Part shown: one piece after another, positions 45,601 through 53,849 of the stretch
Layout of the letters: the number at the start of each line of letters is the position of its first letter
How positions within the stretch are numbered: position 1 is the stretch's first letter
Assembly (NCBI GenBank): GCA_034430895.1
Contig: DAOUDW010000079.1
Span: forward strand, 9,240 to 73,239
Source: Anaerolineales bacterium
Lineage (GTDB): Bacteria; Chloroflexota; Anaerolineae; Anaerolineales; E44-bin32
Length of the DNA: 64,000 nt
Direction: 5' to 3'
Position numbers and translations under genes: made by a program
Notes under the pieces: model-generated
Told to the model about the DNA's origin: nothing
Database searches by the model: none
The model's input: only the letters and a program-made list of their open reading frames with translations

Positions 45601-48600
45601 AGGAGGTGACGGCCAGGGCGGGAATTGTGTTGGTACGGTTCCCGTTGACCACCATAGTCACATCCAGCGTGAGAGTACATTCATCGCCCGGCGCCAGGTA
45701 GCCACCGCTGAACGAAAACGTACTCGAACCGGCTGTGCCTGTCAAAGTTGCCTCCGGGCCACAATCTGAGGCATCGAAATTGGGAGGATCGACGAGGATC
45801 ATCTCGCCGGGAGGATAAGCGTCCGGATCGGGAGGATCGAGCCACATGTTATCGGTAAACGAAATGTCGATTAATTCCGCTCCTGTATTTGGATTTCGCA
45901 GAATAATACTCATCTGTGAGTTTGCACCACCATAGACCAGCTGCGGATTGAAGCCTTTCACGACCTCGAGATCCAGGTTGCGAACGGTCAGCGGAGCGCT
46001 TGCAGGCGCATCGGAATTCATTGTTGAGGGTGATTCCTCGATGCGTGCCACCACATTCGTGGGGGGGATGGTGTTGGTGTGTGTAGCTGGAACTGCCCCG
46101 TTGGTGGATTTGCCCTGAACGTCCACATTAATGGTGCAAATGCCGTTGATACCACCCACTTGAGCTGGGATCGTGCCGTTCGTCATGGATATTGTCTGAG
46201 AACCGGGAGTGGCAGTGATCACAGCACTGCCGCAAGTTGTGCTGGTATTGGGGATTGGTGCAACCACCACACCATTTGTGGTGGTCCCCGGGAGCGTATC
46301 CGAGAGTGTCGCATCCACCAGGTTGGCCGGATTCGAATTCTCCAAGGTGATCGTCAGGGTCGAAAGCCCATCTGGATTGACGATATCGGGGTAGAACGCC
46401 TTGCTGATGGTCAAGGTGCTGGGGGTGTGTACCGTGAGCTCAGCGCTGACATCGCCCGGAGGGTTTCTGTTCTCGTTATTGGTAACATTACCGGGTAGGA
46501 TGGTGTTGTTGTAGACGATGCCCGGTCCGGTGCCGGTGTCGCTGGTTACATACACCTCCACCGTGCAGGTCTCCCCTGCCAGAATAGAACCGCCGCTGCC
46601 CGCAATCGTGGTTGCCCCATTCGCCGGGGGCCAGGCGCCGCCCAGCGGGCCGCATTCGAGGGAAGCTGATGGAGGTGTGGAATTGCTGACATATACGTCT
46701 CCATCTCCCCCGGTGGGCAGGGTATCCGAAAATGTGAAATTGGTAAGATTGGTATCCGCAGGAGCGGTGAAAGTCAACTGTAGAGTCGAATCATCGCCTA
46801 TGTCGATTGTGCTTGGTGTGAAAGTCTTTGTAGTAGCCACGCCGGTGGTAAGGGTGTATACACTCACAGGGGCGGACGCCGCTGTGGTGTTGCTGGGGCC
46901 TTCTGCCGTCGTCAGGCCGCCGACGGGGATGGTATTGGTATAGGAAGCCGAGAGCGCACCCGGCGCTGTTGTCACTGTGGCGGTAATGACACAGGTGCTG
47001 TTGGCTGGGATGGTGCCGCCCGTCAGGGTTACAGTTCGGGTAGTGGGCGCCCCAGAAAGAGCAACCGATCCCCCGGGGCAGGTGGTGCTGGGGGTGCTGG
47101 GGGTGCCCGTGAACACCAGGTTGTTGTTGGGAGCGATCGGCAGGGTATCACTCACTGCCACGTTTGTGTAATCTGAGTCGGTCGAGTTCGTCAGGGTGAT
47201 GGTCAGGAGGTTGGTATCCCCCGCCTGAAAAGCGGAATACTGAAAAGCTTTGCTGACGCTGACAGCATTGACGAGCAGGCTCCGGCTGCCGGTATTGCTG
47301 TTCGTTGGGCCCTCGGTGGTCGTCACAGATCCGGGTCCCAGTATGTTCGTGTATGTGCCGCTTGAGGTGCTTTGAGTCGGCCGGACGTACACGTCGATCG
47401 TACATGATGACGGCCCAGCCGGAAGCGTACCGCCTGTGAGTCGAATTGACGTGTCGCCCGACTCGAGGGAGCCACCTCCCCCGTCGGTGATCGAGCCGCC
47501 GCTGCATGTCGTGGATGGGGCTGGTGATGGTCCTGGGGGAAGTTCGACAGCATGGGGCGCAACTTCGATTCCCGCCGGAAGGTTGTCGGTAAGCGTGATT
47601 CCGGTAAGCGGGCCGCCCGTGGCGGGGTTACTGATCGTGATACTCAATAGACTGGCATCCGGATAAGACACCGTGAGGGGAGAGAAGCTTTTCGCTACGC
47701 TGATGGTAGATACATTTACCGTGTCGCTGGCTGGAGATGCGTTCGTTCCCCCCTGGGTTGTAGTGAGAGTACCGTGCAGTATGGTGTTGGTGTAGTCGCT
47801 GGCTGCCGGGTTGCCCGGATCGGTGGTCACCGTGGCGCTGATGGTGCAGGTGCTGGGAGCGGCGATCGATCCACCCGGGATGGTGCCGCCTGTCAATTCC
47901 ACCGTCCGTGGAGGAGGTCCACCCGTCAAGTTCACTGCACCGCCGCAGGTAGTCCCTGCGCTTCCGGGAACGAATTCCAGGTTGTTGTTGGGAGCGATCG
48001 GCAGTGTATCCGAGAGGTTGGCGCCGGTAAATGCATAGGGTGATGGATTGCTGATCGTAATTGTCAGGGTGGTCGTTTGTCCCGCGGCAAACGTGTCTGG
48101 GGAGAAGAGTTTGGTAATCGAGAGCGATTCGACATCCACGCTGTCGGAAGTCGAGGAGTGATTGGTCGCTCCCTGGTCGGTATTCAATGCGCCGGCCAGG
48201 ATTGTATTCGTATAGGTGCCTTCCGCCGTACTAATCAACGCTCTTGCAAAGGCTGTGATGGTACAGGTTGAGTTGGCGAGGAGCGTGCCGCCTGTCAAGC
48301 GGAGGGTATCATTGGTGTTCGTCGTGGTAACGATCGACACTGTCGCCCCGCCATTGCAGGTCGTCAATTCGGTGCCGATGACATATTCCAATCCGGCCGG
48401 CAAGACGTCATCCAGCGCGGCGCCGGTGTAGTCGAAAGACGCATGATTCTGGATGGTGATGGTCACCGGGCTGGTATCACCGGCTGCGATCGGAGAAGTC
48501 CCAAATGCTTTATTCAGCGTGAAGGCCTGGACATTGAGAGGAGCACTTGCTGAATCGGTATTGGTCACCCCTTCGCGAGTCTGAATGGAGCCGGGTCCGC

Positions 48601-49516
48601 CAGGGCCAGCGGGTATGGTATTGATATAGGCGCCTTGGACTGCGGAAGTGACATCCACGGTTATGTCGCAGTTGGAACTTGGGGCAATCGTGCCGTCATT
48701 CAATCTGATGGAAGTGTCGCCGGGATCCAACGAACCCCCACCGCCGTCGCTGAGGGTTCCTGCACCGCAGCCGCTGAGGCTGGCGTTGACCGGGTCAGCC
48801 AGTTGAATATCGCCATTTCCACTTGTGGGCAGCGTATCGGTGAGCGTAGTTTCTGTCAGCGGATTGTTGGGGTCGCTGTTCTGAATAGTGATCGTCAGTG
48901 TGCTGGTCCCTCCGGCAAAGATCGTGTTGGGGGCAAAACTCTTGAAGAGGGAAGGCTCATCTACCTCGATCACGTTCAGCGTAGCGCTCGCTGGCGTGGT
49001 GTTCGAAATAAAAACCGGTGTGGGTGGGATGCCTGTATCCTCCGGGTCAATGGTGTATGAGGACAATGCACCGGTAGGAATGGTATTGATCAGGTTTCCA
49101 GGAGTGGTGGAGGTGACGGTAACTTCCACCGAGCATTGGCCGGGGAGGCCACCCGATTCTCCGGGGACCGTGCCGCCGGTTAACATGACCGAAGTGTCCC
49201 CGGGGCCAAGTGCTCCTCCTCCCCCATCGGTGACTGTACCGCCGCAGGTGTTCACGATAGTTGAGCTGGCGATCGAAAGTCCCGGCTGGATGCTGAGCAG
49301 ATCATCCGTCCAGCTGGCGTCTGTGAGCGGGTTTTGATTGAGGTTGTATACGGTAACCCGCAATGTGGAAGTTCCTCCCGAGACGATGGCAATCGGATCG
49401 AAACTCTTGTTAATTTCGGCCGGGACGGTTACTGCATAAGCTGTTTTTGGTGGAGGGAAGATAAAGGAGAGGATTAACACACTGGCGCATACGATTGCAC
49501 GAACGGCATTCCTCAT
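42629..49516 (-). CDS. Giant repeat surface protein (10 isopeptide-type Ig repeats, 2 SdrD-B-like domains, DUF11-like domains) with internal IPETG and C-terminal sortase domain
   Basis: Signal peptide from ATG 49516; K.F.P..I..G..S.LTITI.N repeats; SLGNRVWFD and ELGNLIFQD; IPETG at 43138-43124; sortase TAH, TLITC and RLIVRA. Confidence 0.9.
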   Translation of the reverse strand: MRNAVRAIVCASVLILSFIFPPPKTAYAVTVPAEINKSFDPIAIVSGGTSTLRVTVYNLNQNPLTDASWTDDLLSIQPGLSIASSTIVNTCGGTVTDGGGGALGPGDTSVMLTGGTVPGESGGLPGQCSVEVTVTSTTPGNLINTIPTGALSSYTIDPEDTGIPPTPVFISNTTPASATLNVIEVDEPSLFKSFAPNTIFAGGTSTLTITIQNSDPNNPLTETTLTDTLPTSGNGDIQLADPVNASLSGCGAGTLSDGGGGSLDPGDTSIRLNDGTIAPSSNCDITVDVTSAVQGAYINTIPAGPGGPGSIQTREGVTNTDSASAPLNVQAFTLNKAFGTSPIAAGDTSPVTITIQNHASFDYTGAALDDVLPAGLEYVIGTELTTCNGGATVSIVTTTNTNDTLRLTGGTLLANSTCTITAFARALISTAEGTYTNTILAGALNTDQGATNHSSTSDSVDVESLSITKLFSPDTFAAGQTTTLTITISNPSPYAFTGANLSDTLPIAPNNNLEFVPGSAGTTCGGAVNLTGGPPPRTVELTGGTIPGGSIAAPSTCTISATVTTDPGNPAASDYTNTILHGTLTTTQGGTNASPASDTVNVSTISVAKSFSPLTVSYPDASLLSITISNPATGGPLTGITLTDNLPAGIEVAPHAVELPPGPSPAPSTTCSGGSITDGGGGSLESGDTSIRLTGGTLPAGPSSCTIDVYVRPTQSTSSGTYTNILGPGSVTTTEGPTNSNTGSRSLLVNAVSVSKAFQYSAFQAGDTNLLTITLTNSTDSDYTNVAVSDTLPIAPNNNLVFTGTPSTPSTTCPGGSVALSGAPTTRTVTLTGGTIPANSTCVITATVTTAPGALSASYTNTIPVGGLTTAEGPSNTTAASAPVSVYTLTTGVATTKTFTPSTIDIGDDSTLQLTFTAPADTNLTNFTFSDTLPTGGDGDVYVSNSTPPSASLECGPLGGAWPPANGATTIAGSGGSILAGETCTVEVYVTSDTGTGPGIVYNNTILPGNVTNNENRNPPGDVSAELTVHTPSTLTISKAFYPDIVNPDGLSTLTITLENSNPANLVDATLSDTLPGTTTNGVVVAPIPNTSTTCGSAVITATPGSQTISMTNGTIPAQVGGINGICTINVDVQGKSTNGAVPATHTNTIPPTNVVARIEESPSTMNSDAPASAPLTVRNLDLEVVKGFNPQLVYGGANSQMSIILRNPNTGAELIDISFTDNMWLDPPDPDAYPPGEMILVDPPNFDASDCGPEATLTGTAGSSTFSFSGGYLAPGDECTLTLDVTMVVNGNRTNTIPALAVTSFNGAQNQTPTAATLTNLAGASISKSFAPNPISAGLSSYSILTITIRTTATVAITDVGLVDTLPAGLQVAGGAAPAPTNGCGGTLSASPSDTTIQLSGGSLPIGFDNCQLTIPVTGANPGIYTNTIPPGSLTNEQNVTNIQPATDTLTLTPYSLGNRVWFDTDNNGILDVGEIGISGVRVELYLDDGTTPGVFDAGDTSIGFLNTIGNGYYRFDDLGADDYIVVIPADNFRDVGTGDTNPSDPLAGYLSSGTSIAAGGTTTDSIGPDPDNNTDSDDNGVTQFTGNTVNYVSAQTVTLGPSGVEPTGEIDPTTNPQAGEAVDEQSNRTVDFGFYRQELGNLIFQDLDESGAFDGSDSPLPGATVQLFTGNGTTELNVGPDGILGSADDAPGGMLSNGSGEYRFSGLPAGSYVVRVLPTGSPSTVDTANPADTANPNSNIDNNDNGVGTGSGVISSNLVTLTPGSSGAASNNVVTNVTGTTYNPTVDFGFVTNLSKTIVSTDASHTTDPNVTIGEIITYEIGMTIPAGASLDAVQLVDTPQAGLAFTDCISITMPANVSSSTFGTGVVACGTLDGTTPGSNPLIENSGELITFDFGTITSTSASAQVVRVRYTLIVLDILANQDGDSLSNDVTWTWLGGTRSTNAPPVQIIEPELVIDKDAAPTSVSIGESVTFTIDLTHDAASTADAFDVVVRDQIPTGLTFLPATLVIGGTATVNPEPPPYYDAATNTLTITWDVIRLTETASVTFQATYLGPPPVVNSSSAEWTSLEIDPTTPGPPPVPVQRSPYNPNSTERWYDPTAPAGVNSYGISDSVTIGTSSPVEEIPETGFAPGQVTVLPAQPPEVVYTPLGGIWLEIPSLGVNTTIIGIPRSGTGWDVTWLWDQAGYLQGTAFPTWSGNSAITAHVYLADGSPGPFVNLHKLRSGDQVIIHAFGQRYIYEVRSCRNVTPDTNVFEHEEYPWITLITCQGYDEASDSYRYRLIVRAIQVKIEPE

Positions 49517-49969
49517 CGTTGTTATCCACGATTTAATATGAAGCGAAACCGGATACCGTCGGTTTCGCTGCTTGCTCCCCAAAATCCTGACTTGCAAGGC
49601 AAGTTACGATCAACTTCAGGTTTTGGAACAATATGTAGTGACGTGGGAATATCGGTATTATTGTACACGAAGCTTTCCATCTCGACCATACCCAATCTGC
49701 CATAATCTTGCTTGTCCGAAAATCTGAATACGAATGGGCATCTCTCTGCTGCGATACCCGCGATGGATTGGGAGAAGCAGGTGCGTGAAATCAGGAAGCG
49801 TTTTTCAATTCCGAAGGCTTATCGAACTCAATAAACTTTCTCGATTGGTGTCCTGCGGGGGAAGCCGTTACTCGTCAGGGCTGTGTGGTGCAGTGGAGTA
49901 CAATTAAGAATATCTGAGGCGATCCCCACTCACAGGGCGCGGTGATCGCAGAAGAGGAGACGGCCCGAG

Positions 49970-50287
49970 ATGATCACCTGTAAAATCACCGTGCTGAAGA
50001 CTTCTTTTAACCAGGATCTGGTAGATGAATATGTCGAGTCAGAACGGAAGAAGACCCTGGGCCCGTGTGAGGTGTTCGAAGAGGGACAGGAATTCGTCAC
50101 AGACGTGTGGTCGGGAATTCCGCAGGGCTTCTGCCCGTGGGCGTGGGACGATATTTATAAGGCGCTGGTCGGTTTCGCTGCGGACGGCAACTTCGGCATG
50201 TGGTACGAAAATCCAAACACGATCATCGCCTGCTGCTCCGACGGCACCCGGCCGGTCTATTTCAAGATCGAGAAGATCGAAAGCTGA
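49970..50287 (+). CDS. TIGR04076 family protein
   Basis: GPCEVFEEGQEF, FCPWAW, ACCSDGTRPVYFKIE. Confidence 0.85.
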   Translation: MITCKITVLKTSFNQDLVDEYVESERKKTLGPCEVFEEGQEFVTDVWSGIPQGFCPWAWDDIYKALVGFAADGNFGMWYENPNTIIACCSDGTRPVYFKIEKIES

Positions 50288-50336
50288 CCGTTCTTCGAAT
50301 CGAGATTAACGCTGCAGTGGGCTTTACTCCGTAGGA

Positions 50337-50948
50337 GTGATCGTGGTGAGCGAATTGCGTAATGAGATAAACCAATTGATCCGGGATCGCTGGTCTTCGC
50401 GAAATTATGATCCTGAAAGGTCGGTTCCAGCGGAGATGATCGACCGGCTGCTCGAAGCAGCCCGCTGGGCGCCCTCCGGTCGTAATCGACAGCCCTGGCG
50501 TTACATTGTCTTCGACGAGCGCAACGAAGGTGCCCTGGCGCAAGCGCGGGCTTGTCTTGATCCTGGAAACCAGGAGTGGGCCAACCGGGCTCCTGTCCTT
50601 CTGCTTGCCGCGGCAAAGACAATGCTCCCTAATGGCAAGATCCTTTCGACGGCCACTCACGATCTGGGTTTAGCCAATGAAAATTTGTTACTGCAAGCAA
50701 TCAGCATGGGATTGCATTGTCGTCCGATGGGAGGATTCGACCGCGAGTGCGCTCGCAAATCATTTGACATTCCTGATGAATACCATCCTATGGTAATGAT
50801 CGCTGTCGGTTTTCAGGGAAGGATTGATGATCTATCGGAAGATGTCCAGTCGAAGGAATCGACACCACGTACGCGACGTGAGATCGAGGCATTTGCGTTT
50901 CTCGGCGCATGGGAGGCGAAATATCCGACAGGACGTGAATCGGCATGA
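50337..50948 (+). CDS. Nitroreductase family protein
   Basis: RWSSRNYD, ARWAPSGRNRQPWR, HDLGLA, MGGFD. Confidence 0.9.
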   Translation: MIVVSELRNEINQLIRDRWSSRNYDPERSVPAEMIDRLLEAARWAPSGRNRQPWRYIVFDERNEGALAQARACLDPGNQEWANRAPVLLLAAAKTMLPNGKILSTATHDLGLANENLLLQAISMGLHCRPMGGFDRECARKSFDIPDEYHPMVMIAVGFQGRIDDLSEDVQSKESTPRTRREIEAFAFLGAWEAKYPTGRESA

Positions 50949-51126
50949 ATAACATCCTCCATCGGGTCATCGTTCCCATACGAATGTCCTCAATGATAAG
51001 GTACGAGTTGCAGATGGAAGATCCGTTTATGCCCATATACAATGAATGCCAGTCTTGAGGTGATTTGGTTATTGTTTTGTGAATCCACTGACGGTATAAA
51101 AGTCTCACGTTGAGGAGGATGTCGGT

Positions 51127-52164
51127 ATGCAGAAGCTGAGTCGAAGAGAAGTCTTACGTTGGATCTCCCTTCAAATTGCCGCTTTGACCGGAGCCCATAT
51201 TTTGGCTGCCTGCGGGGAGGGAGCGTCTTCAACAGAGGTTCGAGATGGAGTGCCGGGAAGTTCTCCTACGGAAACCATCGCTGCCCCATCCTCAGATGAT
51301 GGTGCTCTGCAAGATATCCAATCTGTGAAAGCGACGGAAACACCAGAGGTGTATCCGCACCTGACGGTTGCTCGAGGCGGAGAGCCCGAGGCGCTGGTAC
51401 GCAGCGCGCTGGCGGCGCTGGGCGGCATGGGACGTTTCGTTCACCCGGGAGACGACGTGATCGTCAAGCCCAATATCTGCGTCTCGTATCACACCTTCAA
51501 ATACGCCGCAACGGCCAATCCCTGGGTGGTTGCGACTTTGGTTAAACTTTGTTTCGAAGCTGGCGCAGCGCGAGTGCGCGTGATGGATTATCCCTTCGGG
51601 GGCACCTGCGAACAAGCCTACGCACGCAGTGGCATTGCGGAGCAGGTTCAGGCTGCCGGGGGTATCATGGAGACCATCTCGAGCATCAAATTCGTCGAGA
51701 CAGAGATCCCCCAGGGTCAGGACTTACGCACATGTTGGATTTATGACGATATACTCCAGGCAGATACCGTGATCAATGTGCCCATCGCCAAACATCACAG
51801 CCTGGCGCGACTGACACTGGGGATGAAGAATTTGATGGGCACCATTCGCGATCGTCCGCCCATGCACATCAACTTGGGCCAGCGCCTGGCCGATCTGGTA
51901 AGCCGCATCCAACCCGCGCTGACCGTCGTGGATGCGGTGCGTATACTCAAAACGCATGGTCCCACAGGCGGGAATCTGGATGACGTGCAGAAATTGGACA
52001 CCGTGATCGCCAGCCCCGACATTGTGGCCGCGGACAGTTATGCTGCTGGCTTGTTTGGCATGCAGCCCAACGAATTGGGCTATATCAACGCCGGTGTGGA
52101 GATGGGTCTGGGCCGCAGCGACCTCGAAAACCTGGAGATTGTGGAGTTGCCCTATGCAGCATGA
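51127..52164 (+). CDS. Tat-exported DUF362 domain protein
   Basis: SRREVL twin-arginine signal; VIVKPN, INVPIAKHH, TLGMKNLMG, D.VAADS. Confidence 0.87.
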   Translation: MQKLSRREVLRWISLQIAALTGAHILAACGEGASSTEVRDGVPGSSPTETIAAPSSDDGALQDIQSVKATETPEVYPHLTVARGGEPEALVRSALAALGGMGRFVHPGDDVIVKPNICVSYHTFKYAATANPWVVATLVKLCFEAGAARVRVMDYPFGGTCEQAYARSGIAEQVQAAGGIMETISSIKFVETEIPQGQDLRTCWIYDDILQADTVINVPIAKHHSLARLTLGMKNLMGTIRDRPPMHINLGQRLADLVSRIQPALTVVDAVRILKTHGPTGGNLDDVQKLDTVIASPDIVAADSYAAGLFGMQPNELGYINAGVEMGLGRSDLENLEIVELPYAA

Positions 52165-52171
52165 GTTAAGT

Positions 52172-53323
52172 ATGAGCTGCAACAGATTGTTGTTCGTACT
52201 GCTGTTTGTGTTTGTCGTTTCCGGGTGCGGTGTGATCGGCTCTCCGGATGCAACAAAGCAACCGACGTCGACTTTGAACATAAGCGTCGTCACGCCCGAA
52301 ACGCGTCTGCCTCCGACGGCAGTAGAAACGCCATCTGATACTTCCGGACCCGTACCGACAGCGACTCCGATTCGCATTTCAACCGGCAACGTTGCCTTAC
52401 TTTCTCCACTGCGAACTTTGATGGGCCACGACGCAGACGTGACCGATGTGGCGCTTTCGGCGGATGGTGGGCTTCTTGTCTCCGCTTCCCGGGACGGTAC
52501 GCTGCGTGTCTGGCGAATCGCCGACGGGAAGTTAATCCAGGAGCTATCGGGGCACTCGGATGTAGTGCACAGCGTCGATATTTCAGCGGATGGATCGCTG
52601 ATCGTGTCCGGTTCCGACGATCGCACGGTAGGGCTTTGGCGTGTAGCGGATGGCACGCTCGTCCGCAGCGTGCGCAATGAATTATTGGGACGGGTTATGA
52701 AGGTTGCCTTCTCACCAGATGGCAATCTGATCGCTATGGGCGGTCATCGCTGCATTGTGGAACTGCGCTCGACGTGGTCCGGAACGCTGCGGCGCACGCT
52801 GGCCCAGCCATTCTGCAGCGTAACGGGAGAAGGGCAGGTTGATTATTGGGGGCTGGCATTCAGCGCAGACGGTTCACAGATCATCACCGGCGAAGGGCGA
52901 CCATGCTGTGGCGGTTCGCTGCAGCGCTGGCAGGTGGAGGAATCGGTCGAACCGACGTTAATCCGCGGCTACGATCTGGTGATCCGCGACGTGGCGATCT
53001 CACCGGATGGAGAGACATTGGCCGTAGCGCTGGTGGGCAGCCCTTCCTTCTGGCTGTTGGACATGGAGGGGGATGAGCCACAGCGCACTCTGGAAGGACA
53101 CAGGCTGCGCGTGAACGATCTCGAGTTTTCACCCAACGGCGAGATCATCGCATCGGCTTCGCGTGATGGCAGGATTGGACTCTGGGAGGTCGAGAGCGGT
53201 ACATTGTTTCGTTATCTCGAGGGTGATGGAGAAATCGTGACCAGCCTGGATTTTTCGGCGGATGGGAGTTTACTCGTTTCCGGATTGGAGGGGGGAGGCA
53301 TTATCCTGTGGGGGCTGCCTTGA
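52172..53323 (+). CDS. WD40-repeat lipoprotein
   Basis: VSGC lipobox; GH...V..VA.S.DG..L.S.S.D..VR.W repeats; start moved to ATG 52172. Confidence 0.87.
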   Translation: MSCNRLLFVLLFVFVVSGCGVIGSPDATKQPTSTLNISVVTPETRLPPTAVETPSDTSGPVPTATPIRISTGNVALLSPLRTLMGHDADVTDVALSADGGLLVSASRDGTLRVWRIADGKLIQELSGHSDVVHSVDISADGSLIVSGSDDRTVGLWRVADGTLVRSVRNELLGRVMKVAFSPDGNLIAMGGHRCIVELRSTWSGTLRRTLAQPFCSVTGEGQVDYWGLAFSADGSQIITGEGRPCCGGSLQRWQVEESVEPTLIRGYDLVIRDVAISPDGETLAVALVGSPSFWLLDMEGDEPQRTLEGHRLRVNDLEFSPNGEIIASASRDGRIGLWEVESGTLFRYLEGDGEIVTSLDFSADGSLLVSGLEGGGIILWGLP

Positions 53324-53403
53324 TCGGAAAAGAACCATGGGGGTGACGGGTAAGTTGTCTCATATTGCAGTTTCACTCACTGACCATTATAATGCTCACA
53401 CAA

Positions 53404-53477
53404 GGGCGGTTAGCTCAGTTGGTTAGAGCGCATGCTTGACATGCATGAGGTCGTTGGTTCAAATCCAATACCGCCCA
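53404..53477 (+). tRNA. tRNA-Val(GAC), CCA not encoded
   Basis: Acceptor GGGCGGT/ACCGCCC, D arm AGCTCAGTTGGTTAGAGC, anticodon arm CATGC-TTGACAT-GCATG, T loop GTTCAAATC. Confidence 0.95.
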
Positions 53478-53478
53478 C

Positions 53479-53502
53479 AAGCCGTCGAGTTCCGACGGCT
53501 TT
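53479..53502 (+). terminator. Hairpin after tRNA-Val
   Basis: AAGCCGTCG-AGTTC-CGACGGCTT. Confidence 0.7.
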
Positions 53503-53520
53503 AGTATTTTATCGTTTGTG

Positions 53521-53548
53521 TTGACAACGACCTTTCGTCCGCTATAAT
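53521..53548 (+). promoter_or_regulatory. thrS promoter
   Basis: TTGACA-16-TATAAT. Confidence 0.75.
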
Positions 53549-53554
53549 GTAGCC

Positions 53555-53822
53555 ATCAAACGAATACGATAGGTGATGACCGGGACGAGTAACCGGCAGC
53601 TGACCCGACAGGGAAAGGGGATCGTGGATTGAGAGTCCCCTGCGGAGTCGAGCTGGTGAAAACCCCCCGCGAGCCTGATCCGGAAAGCCCTGCATGTAGA
53701 TGAAGGGTGATTATGGTGAACGGTTCAGCCCCGTTATCGGCTGTCCGAGATGGTCGTTTAATGCGATCAATCTGGGTGGAACCGTGTGAGTGTAAACTCT
53801 CGCCCCAGAAGCGAGAGTTTTT
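53555..53822 (+). ncRNA. T-box riboswitch leader of thrS
   Basis: T-box TGGGTGGAACCGTG near 53773, terminator AAACTCTCGC...GCGAGAGTTTTTT, AGGGA and TTGAGA stem I motifs, candidate Thr specifier ACC at 53662-53664. Confidence 0.8.
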
Positions 53823-53849
53823 TACGTTAATGGTGTTAGGAGGAAGTGT

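Noticed and set aside
49520-49960. c-di-GMP or other riboswitch upstream of the giant adhesin
   Set aside because: Only a weak hairpin near 49579-49627; I could not see the conserved riboswitch motifs. An Rfam scan would settle it.
53404-53520. tRNA-Val as an integration site
   Set aside because: No integrase and no duplicated tRNA 3' end in the window; the tRNA is followed directly by its terminator and the thrS promoter.
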